Below are positions 25,605-38,020 of a DNA stretch of 64,000 nt, in pieces. The stretch covers positions 42,470,001 to 42,534,000 of the forward strand of contig OX597821.1 of NCBI GenBank assembly GCA_951406725.2, in the 5' to 3' direction. The number at the start of each line of letters is the position of its first letter. The stretch's first letter is position 1. Under the pieces are notes generated by a model that saw nothing but the letters and a program-made list of their open reading frames with translations, had not been told where the DNA came from and did no database searches. Source of the stretch: Octopus vulgaris (taxonomy: Eukaryota). The translations under genes were made by a program, and so were the position numbers.

Positions 25605-25853
25605 ATTTGATGATACTTCTTTGTTTGCAATTGGCTATCCTGTTGCAGGTTCAATCTGTGGAATATTGAAATGATCCCCATCTTGTTCATTCCACAGAAT
25701 AAGAAGATACTCGAGGGCATCATAAGAGGGATGAGTCTGTGGAACATGTTTAAGGTTGTTATCCTGAACACGAATGAGAACATCATGATTTTCATGAGGA
25801 TCACCAATCATAAGGATGGCTACTTCCTTACACGTGGGCTCATTAAAACAGCG
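25605..25853 (-). mobile_element. Helitron RepHel coding relic
   Basis: RCFNEPTCKEVAILMIGDPHENHDVLIRVQDNNLKHVPQTHPSYDALEYLLILWNEQDGDHFNIPQ...*...NKEVSSND matches the Helitron motifs FNxPTxxEVA and HxSYDALQYPL. One in-frame stop. Confidence 0.85.
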
Positions 25854-27203
25854 TAAAATGTTCTTTACTATAGTTTACGATAGACATAATGAACACAGAA
25901 ACACACACACACTCAAAGACACATACACACTCATAGAATTAGCAGAGCATACACACGAAGTTCAAATGAAATGTAGTCAATATAGGTGCAAAACATACTT
26001 TCTGTAGCATAGTTATGCTATAAAAAATGGAAAGTCACCAATTTGGTAAAAGTTACTATGCATCACCAATATGACAAAGTACAGCAAGTCGACATTTATT
26101 GGAACATGTACTAAATGTTATAAAACTCAGGATTGAATGAATGGATGTCATGGTGAAGAAAGTGAAAGTCCAAGAAAATTCAAAAGTCGTAATTCAATTT
26201 TTCATACAAAAATAATTTATTTTACAATTTTGAAACGAACGCTGAACCAAGTGTATAGAAAGGAAGATGTTGTTGTAATGCTAATTCAAAATATTTGCTG
26301 AAGGATGTATATAGCAAGATATAAATTAATTTGACATTACTATATATGTTTTAACTGTGTAACATTATAGGCTGTAGAATAAATACTGACTAACGCAGTA
26401 AAAAGGTTGTGTGGTGTTGATACTCACAGTGACGGAAAAGCATAGCAGGAATACGATAAGGACTGTTAAAAAAGCATTATCTTCAAATTGGTAAGAAGGA
26501 GTGGAATAACATTTCTGTAATTATATTGAAAGAACGGCTGAGGTTTTCTACTTCACCAAGTTTCCTAATTTGTTACAATAACCAGAATAACATTTTTTTT
26601 TTTAGATATATTTGGGTGTATTGTGAGTGCTGTCAAATCAACCAAATCTTCATGTTGGAAGTACTTTAAAGTGAATGCTGTTGTTCGTTTAAAGTCCAGG
26701 CTGCAACTAAACTAAACTGTTTCAAATTTGGTACATTTCACTGTTGTGTGTGTGTGTGTGTTTGTCTGTTTTTGGATGTGTGTGTGTACATGTGTGTGTG
26801 TGTGTGTGTGTCTCTGTTTTTAGATGTGTGTGTGTACATGTGTGTGTGTGTGTGTGTCAGTCATCACACAAATATATGTATACTGATAGACACATACACC
26901 ATCACGCACATATACTTGTCAGTCATCGGCATAACGAACATGCGAACACACTCATATAGAAAATGTGACATTATTGTCGTTGTGGTGGTGGTGGTAGTAT
27001 AAAATGTCATTTACGATAGGTGACTAAAAGAAAAATTATAATGTTAAATTTTTGTAATGCAAATATGTGATTAAAAATAAAGTTTAGTTGATAACCAAAA
27101 GCTTACTGAATCTTTTGATACCCCATACGTCAAAATTAGCAACTCAGTTTTGGAATGCATAAGGAACATGTGCGCACACACACATGCTTGCACACACACA
27201 CGC

Positions 27204-27234
<31 letters not shown>

Positions 27235-27254
27235 TACACAAACTCTCTTTTATA

Positions 27255-27305
<51 letters not shown>

Positions 27306-27369
27306 GAATTAGAGATAAAACTACTATTATGCAACTCAAACAGTGATAGACATAAACCAATACATAACA

Positions 27370-27450
<81 letters not shown>

Positions 27451-27505
27451 CAAATAATATATATATATATATATATATATACATACACACACATACATAT
27501 ATATA

Positions 27506-27557
<52 letters not shown>

Positions 27558-27740
27558 CATACATATATATTTATATGTATATATATATATATATATATGC
27601 TTTGGCGTTAGGAAGGGCATCCAGCCGTAGAAACATTACCAGATTAGACTGGGCCTGGTGCAGCCTTCTGGCTTCCCAGACCCCAGTTGAACCGTCCAAC
27701 CCATGCTAGCATGGAAAGCGGACACTAAATGATGATGATG

Positions 27741-27771
<31 letters not shown>

Positions 27772-28445
27772 GTGTGTGTGAATACTATTAAAGAAAACAA
27801 TGTAACTCGTTGGACTGCTTGCAGCACTCATTTACCAGTGACTGTTATTACTAATCCCTGTCAGATTAGCTGTTAATCTATTCTTGGTTAGATTTTAGAT
27901 TTTAAAAAAACAGTAAGAAAGTTCCTAAATACTTTCAACATTGGATTCTTCTATCCCTTTTGTAATGCTGGGGGAGGTGGCTAAAGAGTGTTATAGACAG
28001 ATGAAGTAAGATACATTCTCACTAACCACTGACACCAATCATTTCCCTATCAATGTCCTGTCCATACTTCCTGTCTACTTTGTTACTCTCTCCACTACCA
28101 TCCTCTCACTACTATCAAGCTATTCCTCTCATCTTACTTTACTTTCATTCATCATTCCACCTAGAATCATTTCACATATTATCTATTATTGTCCTTCATT
28201 TATACCAGCACCTGTAGACTCTTACTCTTGCAAGTTGTGAGGCAGCCTTACTAGCACTAAGGCAATGAGAAAAGTACACAATACACTCTGTTAAGCAATT
28301 GGTGTTTGGAAGGGCATCCAGTCATAGAAACCATGCCAAACCAGACACTGGTGCATACTGTGGTCCTCTAACTCACTGGATCCTGTCAAACCACCCAACT
28401 AAATGTCAGCATAAGGAGAAAAGACATTAAATGCTACTGATGATA

Positions 28446-28502
<57 letters not shown>

Positions 28503-29671
28503 GGTTCATCTAGTAACTGTTAGAATACATAAATAAAAAAGGACATAAAGAAAGGAGTGAGAAGAGGAAGATGCCTGAAGTTATGAAAACAATGACTAGC
28601 AGCACATGGAATGCATCCATGCAGAGGACTGGAGAATGAAAGGTCCATTGTTTAGAGTTCCAAGACATTTCAGCCCATAGAAATCAATAAAGACCATGAC
28701 AGGCAAAGGAGGGCAACACATTAAAATTAATGCCGCCAGAGGAACTCACAAGCAGTGTAACAAAAAGAACTGTAATATATAAAACACTAAAGTTGTCAAC
28801 CAGGAAATAGAATAGAAACAATTTGTCCTTTTTGGATATTAGACAGGTCATGCATAAGAACTTATTTGAATTTAAATATCTGTAAAGAGAAAGAAAATCA
28901 AAGACAAACAAGAATAGAAAAAATAGTTAAATAAAAAGAGGCGTTTCCATTATTTTGTCCAATCCTTATATATACATTTATATTATGTCATGTCACTCTC
29001 AACACTACTGTTAACCCAGTAAAAACCTACCAAACCTGTTTGGTAAGGGTGGTGGTTTTCATTTCACACCCTCCTGGATGAAATACAAAAACCTTTCAAA
29101 GGTGGAAGAATTCAGTAGAGTCAACAGCTGAGTGTGAGACACTCCCAGTCTTTGTTTACACATCTCTCTTGGAGAAGGAAAATTCTGATATAACGCCATA
29201 ATTTGCATCCAATGAGGTAGACAAGATCTTCTTTTTGAGAAGATGCGTCCACTCCACAGGTCTGCAAGCAAAAAAACTGTTTCACATTTATTGTGTGAAA
29301 TTGATCAATTTTCATCTACCAATTTAAAAAAATTATGAAGAAATTATCCTATTACATAGTTTCCTCACCAAATTGATCATTGCATTTTACTATTGTGTCA
29401 TAGTTTAACCCTTGTCTTTTATTATTACTCTTGTCTTTTATTATTACTTCTATCATGTGTTGTAGCTTGAAAAATGCAAAACACTCAATAAAAATCAGTC
29501 TATAGCAAATATTATTTGGTCTCACATCAAGTTAATCAGGCAGCCAGTGGAAAGATAATACAACTAGAATAATGAAAAACAAGAATTAAATTTATTATTA
29601 ATTTATCCAGTAGGTAGTGCCTTATCAACTGTATCCAACTGCTACCGACCTATTATAGTTAATATCTATAA

Positions 29672-29703
<32 letters not shown>

Positions 29704-29717
29704 TGATGATGATGATG

Positions 29718-29778
<61 letters not shown>

Positions 29779-29794
29779 TAATAATTATAATAAT

Positions 29795-29833
<39 letters not shown>
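29672..29833. repeat. (AAT)n/(GAT)n microsatellite
   Basis: Directly visible. It is one of dozens of (TA)n, (CA)n, (TATG)n and (TCTA)n tracts, for example 5397-5480, 27250-27598, 53028-53160, 59803-59900 and 60688-60784. Confidence 0.95.
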
Positions 29834-29835
<2 letters not shown>

Positions 29836-30106
29836 AGTATGTGTTATAAGAATGAAATTAGATAATTTTTTATCTCTTAAAACTACAGCTGTTTTTTTTT
29901 ACTATCTGTACTTTACCCACTGTCACATTACATTCTGTTGTTATTCTTGACCCAGGTCTGTTCCAATTGATCAAACCTATGATTAAAAACATTCAAACTG
30001 TGACCAATCCACTGTGTCCTTTCCTTTCCTAAGAAAATAGGCTGTAATTAGAGAGAGTTTGACTGCTATTTCTACCAGCTACAGTGACCACATAGATGCT
30101 CCCACT

Positions 30107-30156
<50 letters not shown>

Positions 30157-31905
30157 ATGGTGGTAGCTGTAGTGGTAATGTGATGCAACAGTAGTTGTAG
30201 TATTAGTGTTGCAGTTGTAGTTACAGCAGCTGTGTGGTAGTGGTGGTATCATGGATGGTGTAGATGTGGTGTCATAGTGGTGTAGCAAAGACTACTATCA
30301 TGAAGTGGTGGTGGCTGCAGTAGGAGTATGGTTATAATTGCAGTATACTTTTGGTAGATATAACTAATGTTATATGCCACATTTGGGAATACGTTGGTAA
30401 ACTATTTGCCAAGCAATAATGCTTTTCTATCACTTCAACAGTGGCCTCTCTACTCCTCAAAGACAGCTATCTTATATTATCTCTACTTATGTACTCTCTA
30501 TTCACCCATCTTTCATTATCCACATTCTGTCTACCCTCAGGCTCCAGACTAAAAACTACTCCTTCTTCCTCAGAATTTTGGCCCCGAGAAGGTCTTTTCT
30601 TGTACATATTGTTTTACTGCAGTCTCAGGGGTTCTGCAGGGACCATAGCCACAGCTTCAAGATTTCAGATCTGTAGAGACAATGCCTACAATCCTTAAGT
30701 ATTGCAGAATCTATGGTCATGTCCACAATCTCTAGGTCTTGGAGGGTTTGGACAGACCATAGCCACAACACCTAGGTGTCAGGTCATAGCCACAAGACTT
30801 CCCTACAATAAGAATTTAGAGATGAATTGTCAAGTAATTGTTGTCAGTGTTGTTTAACCCCAAGTTGGCCTTGACCCAGAACATCTGTGGTCAAAGGTGT
30901 TCCAGCCATGACCATCCTGTATTTTATTTAGACACACAGAATTGCATTATGAATAGTGTCCTTCTTTTTTCAATGATAACATCATAGGGTTTGAGAGCTA
31001 TTATTTCTAGAAGTGTAATTGATGGTCATGGTAGGAGTGATAGTGATGGTAGTTGTAGAGCTAATGTTGTTCAACTTCAGATCAGTCTTGATTAATCAGG
31101 TACTTGATCAAAAGCATTCTAGTCACAAATATTCCGATTTTTTCTCTGAGATATAATCTATTTTATAACTGTATTATCGATTGAGTTCTTCATTTCCTCA
31201 GAAAACAGAATGTGATTTGAGGGAGATTGGCAGCTATTTCGAACCAATTAAATAAGCATGGCCCTTGTTGACTCTTGTTCAAACAGTTTGATATTTATGA
31301 TATTCAGTTGGAATCCTTTCTTTCAAATGAGAATAATTTGATGTCACACTAATCTGTTATGGTGGTTAAGTTTCTTGTGTTTCTATAAAAGGAAAATTGG
31401 TGAACTTTAGCTTAAACACTTAAATATAAATGGATATGAAGCAGAAACAGAAGCTTCTGTGAATACTAGAAGCAGTAGACATCATTTAACCTTTTTATTT
31501 CAGGTCAAAAGCAATCTAGGTCACATAACGAAGAATAAATACATTTCTGGACTGCACTTAGTATCTTAATATCATCTCTGAACCAATGTTAGTCACAAAC
31601 TGCATATGTTTCAACGCAGCTGATTATATAACATTTGTTTTATGCTATATTCACTGTGGGTAATAAACCTTAACTGCTCATACAATAGATTCAATTAAAA
31701 CATGACATTTACAATGCATTAATGTGGAATATCGAATTACTAAAGAAAGAGGATATTGGAGCTTGATGCAGTCCTTGGTCCCATTGGACCTGGTCAAACC
31801 ATCCAACCCATCCAACTCATGCCAGCATGGAACATGAACACTAAATGGTGTTAGTGGTGATGGTAGCGGAGGTGGTGGTGGTGGTGGTGGTGGTGGTGGT
31901 GGTGG

Positions 31906-31941
<36 letters not shown>

Positions 31942-32646
31942 AAAGCTATAGATTTGTTGACTGAGTAAAGAAGATTGATCTTCATATCTTAATGAGACAA
32001 ACATTACAATGAATTTAAACTAGGTTTCCGACTTAACTATGAAATATCTGAAATATGCAGCATAAACCTCGGTGATATTGCAATAGATTTGTAGTATAAG
32101 ACTATTGGAAGATTTATATTAATAATGGTGGGAAATAAGATGTAACATTCATGCCTTTCCCATAAACCTGATGTACTAAGAACTCCTTATCCAGGCTAGT
32201 CTGGTGTTAAATAAAAGAAAAAGAAAATCCAGTATTGACCTAAATGCTATATATTTTCTGAGCTTCATGCTTCATGCTTCATTGTCCAGTGCATGTGCAT
32301 GCATGCATATATGTATTATGGATGGACCTATATTGATTTCAATGATGGGGATTCTGTTGTTTGATCAACTGAGTTACCTGCTTCTGTATTAACAAATAAG
32401 CAACTGAGCATTCCACAAAGTCTCTATATCAGCAATCTGTGTATCATACTTAAAGCAGATACATCATGGAAAACCTAATCAACTATGCTATTCATCCTGA
32501 GAAAGTATCTGTTATAGATGTACAGTGTTAAATAACACAAAAACATATCAGTAGAAGATGAAAATTGTCCAGCAGTGGTGGTGGCATTGCTAAATGTGTA
32601 TTTCTGATGCTTTGGGATTTGTCAGAAGTTTTCCCCACCAGCAGCA

Positions 32647-33030
32647 GTGGAGGCGCAATGGCCCAATGGTTAGGGCAGCGGACTCGCGGTCGGAGGATCG
32701 CAGTTTCGATTTCCAGATCGAGCGTTGTGTGTGTTTATTGAGTGAAAACACATAAAGCTCCACGAGGCTCTGACAAGGAATGGTGATGATACCTGCTGTA
32801 CTCTTTCACTCCAACTTTCTCTTACTCTTTCTTCCTGCTTCTTATCCCCGACTTCCTATGCATCCGCTGAGCCTGGATGCACATTCATCCATCAGTCGAT
32901 GCTCTCGGTGTCGGGGATTGACCTGCTTTCTCTTCTGCAGGTCTTTCGAATAGCAAAGGACCACGTATCAGACTTCTCCCATCCTGGGACGGTTTTAACT
33001 CAGATCACTTTAAAACAGAAAGTTTGTATC
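32647..33030 (+). mobile_element. tRNA-derived SINE
   Basis: Head gtggaggcgcaatggcccaatggttagggcagcggactcgcgg, same family as 5481. Confidence 0.8.
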
Positions 33031-33065
33031 ATAAAACCAGAGGCAGAATCTGAGATGGTTTGGTA

Positions 33066-36000
33066 TCATCATCATCATCATCATCGTCATTTAACGTCCG
33101 CTTTCCATGCTAGCATGGGTTGGATAGTTCAACTGGGGTCTGGGGAGCCCGAAGGCTGCACCAGGCCAGTCAGATCTGGCAGTGTTTCTACAGCTGGATG
33201 CCCTTCCTAACGCCAACCACTCCGAGAGTGTAGTGGGTGATTTTATGTGCCACCGACACAGGTGCCAGACGAGGCTGGCGAACGGCCACGCTCGGATGGT
33301 GTTTTTTTATGTGCCACCGACACAGGTGCCAGACGAGGCTGGCGAACGGCCACACTCGGATGGTGTTTTTTATGTGCCACCGACACAGGTGCCAGACAAG
33401 GCTGGCAGACGGCCACGCTCGGATGGTGTTTTTATGTGCCACCGACACAGGTGCCAGATGAGGCTGGCAAACGGCCACGATCGGATGGTGTTTGTTACGT
33501 GCCCACAGCACGGAGGCCAGTCGATGCGGTACTGGCTATGGCCACGTTCGGATGGTTTTCTTGTGTGCCACCGGCGCTGGTACCACAAAGATACAAATTC
33601 CATTGATGTTCATCTATTTTGATTTGTTTTGATTTTCACTTGCCTCAACAGGTCTTCACAAGTGTCACAAGAAGGAAGGTATGCACAGGTGGACTGACTA
33701 CGTCCCAGGTAGGGTCCACAGGTTATGGCCTGACTAGTCTTGCCAGGTCTTCGGATGGTGTTTTTATGTGCCACCGACACAGATGCCAGATGAGGCTGGC
33801 GAACGGCCACGATCGGATGGTGTTCGTTACGTGCCCACAGCACGGAGGCCAGTCAGTGCAGTACTGGCTACAGCCACGTTCGGATGGTTTTCTTGTGTGC
33901 CACCGGCACGTGCCCACAGCACGGAGGCCAGTCAGTGCGGTACTGGCTATGGCCACGTTCGGATGGTTTTCTTGTGTGCCACCGGCGCTGGTACCACAAA
34001 GATACAAATTCCATTAATGTTCATCTATTTTGATTTGTTTTGATTTGATTTTGATTTTGATTTTCACTTGCCTCAACAGGCCTTCACAAGTATCACAAGA
34101 AGGAAGGTATGCACAGGTGGACTGACTACGTCCCAGGTAGGGGCCACGGGTTATGGCCTGACTAGTCTTGCCGGGTCTTCGGATGGTGTTTTTATGTGCC
34201 ACCGACACAGGTGCCAGATGAGGCTGGCGAACGGCCACGATCGGATGGTGTTTGTTATGTGCCCACAGCACAATGGCCAGTCGATGCGGTACTGGCTACG
34301 GCCACGTTCGGATGGATTTCTTGTGTGCCACCGGCACTGGTACCACAAAGATACAAATTCTATTGATGTTCATCTATTTTGATTTGTTTTGATTTGATTT
34401 GATTTGATTTTCACTTGCCTCAACAGGTCTTCACAAGTGTCACAAGAAGGAAGGTATGCACAGGTGGACTGACTACGTCCCAGGTAGGGGCCACGGGTTA
34501 TGGCCTGACTAGTCTTGCCGGGTCTTCAGAAGGTGTTTTTATGTGCCACCGACACAGGTGCCAGACGAGGCTGGCGAACGGCCACGATCGGATGGTGTTT
34601 GTTACGTGCCCACAGCACGGAGGCCAGTCGGTGCAGTACTGGCTACGGCCACGTTCGGATGGTTTTGTTGTGTGCCACCGGCACTGGTACCACAAAGATA
34701 CAAATTCCATTGATGTTCATCTATTTTGATTTGTTTTGATTTTCACTTGCCTCAATAGGTCTTCACAAGTGTCACAAGAAGGAAGGTATGCACAGGTGGA
34801 CTGACTACGTCCCAGGTAGGGGCCACGGGTTATGGCCTGACTAGTCTTGCCGGGTCTTCGGATGGTGTTTTTATGTGCCACCGACACAGGTGCCAGATGA
34901 GGCTGGCGAACGGCCACGATCGGATGGTGTTTGTTATGTGCCCACAGCACAATGGCCAGTCGATGCGGTACTGGCTACGGCCACGTTCGGATGGATTTCT
35001 TGTGTGCCACCGGCACTGGTACCACAAAGATACAAATTCTATTGATGTTCATCTATTTTGATTTGTTTTGATTTGATTTGATTTGATTTTCACTTGCCTC
35101 AACAGGTCTTCACAAGTGTCACAAGAAGGAAGGTATGCACAGGTGGACTGACTACGTCCCAGGTAGGGGCCACGGGTTATGGCCTGACTAGTCTTGCCGG
35201 GTCTTCAGAAGGTGTTTTTATGTGCCACCGACACAGGTGCCAGATGAGGCTGGCGAACGGCCACGATCGGATGGTGTTTGTTACGTGCCCACAGCACGGA
35301 GGCCAGTCGGTGCGGTACTGGCTACGGCCACGTTCGGATGGTTTTGTTGTGTGCCACCGGCACTGGTACCACAAAGATACAAATTCCATTGATGTTCATC
35401 TATTTTGATTTGTTTTGATTTTCACTTGCCTCAATAGGTCTTCACAAGTGTCACAAGAAGGAAGGTATGCACAGGTGGACTGACTACGTCCCAGGTAGGG
35501 GCCACGGGTTATGGCCTGACTAGTCTTGCCGGGTCTTCGGAAGGTGTTTTTATGTGCCACCGACACAGGTGCCAGATGAGGCTGGCGAACGGCCACGATC
35601 GGATGGTGTTTGTCATCTGCCCACAGCACGGAGGCCAGTCGATGCGGAGGTGCCATATGAGGCTGGTGAACGGCCACGATCGGATGGTGTTTGTCATGTG
35701 CCCACAGCACGGAGGCCAGTCGATGCGGTACTGGCTACGGCCACGTTCGGATGGTCTTCTTGTGTGCCACCGGCACTGGTACCACAAAGATACAAATTCC
35801 ATTGATGTTCATCTATTTTGATTTGTTTTGATTGATTTTCACTTGCCTCAGCAGGTCTTCACAAGTGTCACAAGAAGGAAGGTATGCACAGGTGGACCGA
35901 CTACGTCCCAGGTAGGGGCCACGGGTTATGGCCTGACTAGTCCTGCCGGGTCCTCTCATGCACAGCACACTTCCATAGGACTCGGTCTCTAGTCATTTCC

Positions 36001-36218
36001 TTGGTGAGACCTAAAGTTCGAAGGTCGTGCTTCACCACCTCGTCCCAGGTTTTCCTGGGTCTACCTCTTCCACAGGTTCCCTCAACTGCTAGGGTGTAGC
36101 ACTTTTGCACTCAACTATCTTCAGCCATTCTCGTCACATGACCATACCAGCGCAGCCGTCTCTCTTGCACACCACAACTGACGCTTCTTAGGTTCAACTT
36201 TTCTCTCAAGGTACTTAC
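33066..36218 (-). mobile_element. RTE LINE 3' end with tandemly amplified 3' UTR
   Basis: (CAT)n tail at 33066. The ORF2 end at 35950-36218 is homologous to 1-330 and 2030-2290. Confidence 0.9.
33245..35951. repeat. Higher-order tandem array (about 60-bp subunits, about 332/347-bp monomers, 679-bp dimer)
   Basis: About seven monomers marked by cacttgcctcaacaggtcttcacaagtgtcacaagaagg. ORF-track pairs recur at exactly 679 bp (34415/35094, 34151/34830, 34498/35177, 34717/35396). Confidence 0.95.
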
Positions 36219-36310
36219 TTCAACTTGTAAGTCTGTTGACATGTGAATTTATGCAGGTTGCAAATTCTTGTCTGTCTGGTGACTACAGCTTTTACATTCA
36301 GTGGCTTTAA

Positions 36311-36522
36311 CCCTATTGTTACCAACCCGGCTGAAACCGGTTCTGGATCTGAGTACAAATGTCTTGTTTTCATAAATTTTGAATTAAAATCTCCCACCAA
36401 ACCTTTGTCACAATTTATGTTCCTAACAGTAGCTAAATGATTAAATAAGTTATTTTACTAAATTATTTAACGTAATTGAAAGAAATACAGAGCATCTCAA
36501 AATAAATACAGTAACGAAAGGG
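36311..36522. mobile_element. piggyBac-type MITE
   Basis: TTAA|CCCTattgttac ... gtaacgaaAGGG|TTAA. A decayed relative lies at about 10660-10897. Confidence 0.8.
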
Positions 36523-37687
36523 TTAAATCATTCAGTGTGGGATTTTGTTCCCAATTACATTTCAAGTTGGAGAATAGTGTAGATACTTAGAGGTGATGAT
36601 GATGAGGGTAATTCACATAGAGGAAATATGATGACTTAAAGAAAGAGACCTCAAACTCTTTGGTACTACGGTCAGTGAGATTATGTCATGAGCAAGAGAT
36701 AAAAAAAGACTGGTCGGACAAAGATTTCATAATTGAATAAATAATACCAGGAATTGTTGTAAAATGTCAAACCTAGTAACATCAATAAATTCCAAGGTCA
36801 GATTGTTATTTCTTTTATACACTATTCTGCCAGTGTCAACTTTGCTTTTCATCTTCCCAAGGTGAATAAAATAAAGTACTAGTTAAGCACTAGGGTTGAT
36901 GGTACTTTCTCTCCCTTTAAAGTTGCTGGCTTTGTGCCTAAATAAAAAAAAAATTCTCTTATCCACTGACATCTAGAAATGACTATAAAAAAGGTAGAAT
37001 AATCTTATAAGCAGTGTTGCATTAAGTTGGTGTGATTTCTGAAGGATTTGTTTGAAAGAGTCTCCTATAAAATAATTTGAACTTTCACTCATGTTCTGCT
37101 GAAAATATAGCCTTTCAATTTAACATGGCAATGGTATAATCCAAGTAAGTATAGCACAAATAGTCGAGAAGTACCAAAACAGATTAGGGTCTCCATTCGG
37201 TAAAATTGGGCATGTATCTGCACATGTATAACACAGTCTTCGGCAGTGGTGTAGTCAAAATAAGTATAACACAAACAGATGAACAGTATCAAAAAACAGA
37301 TTACAGCCTGCATCAATGAAATTGGTCCTGCATTTATACAAGTATACACAGTCTTGGGCAAGATTTTTTAGAAAAATTGGTAGTTGCCCAGATATGCAAA
37401 TGTTTTTTCTCCACAATATTGATGGGTATTCAAAGTGAAAAGAAGGCAATTTCAGTCGATACAGTCTGGCACCCATATCATACAGTCATAAAGAACCAGA
37501 ATAGATACCACAAGACATCTTGCCTGACCTTCTAATAGCTTTGCCTAGGTTAAGAGATCAGTTTATTCTCATAAATTTTCTAGTGCAATGGGCAAGAACA
37601 ATTGGAAGAAAACTTGGAGGAAAATGTAGATTCGGTTTCAAAACCTAGCTTAGAAATTTGGCAACTATTCATTATGCATATATACAC

Positions 37688-37740
<53 letters not shown>

Positions 37741-37799
37741 CATATGCATACATGCATATATGTACATACCTACATCTATATGTATATATACATGCATAT

Positions 37800-38020
37800 A
37801 CGGGTACAGGACACCACAAAAAAACGTAGAACACAACGAGAAACGAAAACTTAAAAACAAAACAAGGAAACGGACTTTCTTTTAACAACGAAAAAACAGA
37901 GTACAAGACATACAACACAAGGAACATTCCCCTTCTTCAGCTGCCCCTGTTTCGACTCAATGCGTGTTTCGAAGATAAGGGCAGAACACGACTACATGGA
38001 AAGCGAATTAAATAAATTTT
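37800..38020 (-). mobile_element. Penelope-like pseudo-LTR remnant
   Basis: Homologous to 55095-55370 (opposite strand) and 56441-56700, sharing cttcGAAA...cagCTGAwGA boxes. Confidence 0.55.

Noticed and set aside
33450-33485. CAGATGAG...CGAA in the 60-bp unit as a hammerhead
   Set aside because: The core is CAGAUGA rather than CUGAUGA, GAAA is absent, and no stems I or III can be drawn.
33245-35951. CRISPR-like array or repeat-protein gene (many overlapping ORFs)
   Set aside because: Units are whole tandem copies without unique spacers, no cas genes are present, and the array lies inside an RTE 3' UTR. The ORFs are by-products of the GC-rich repeat.
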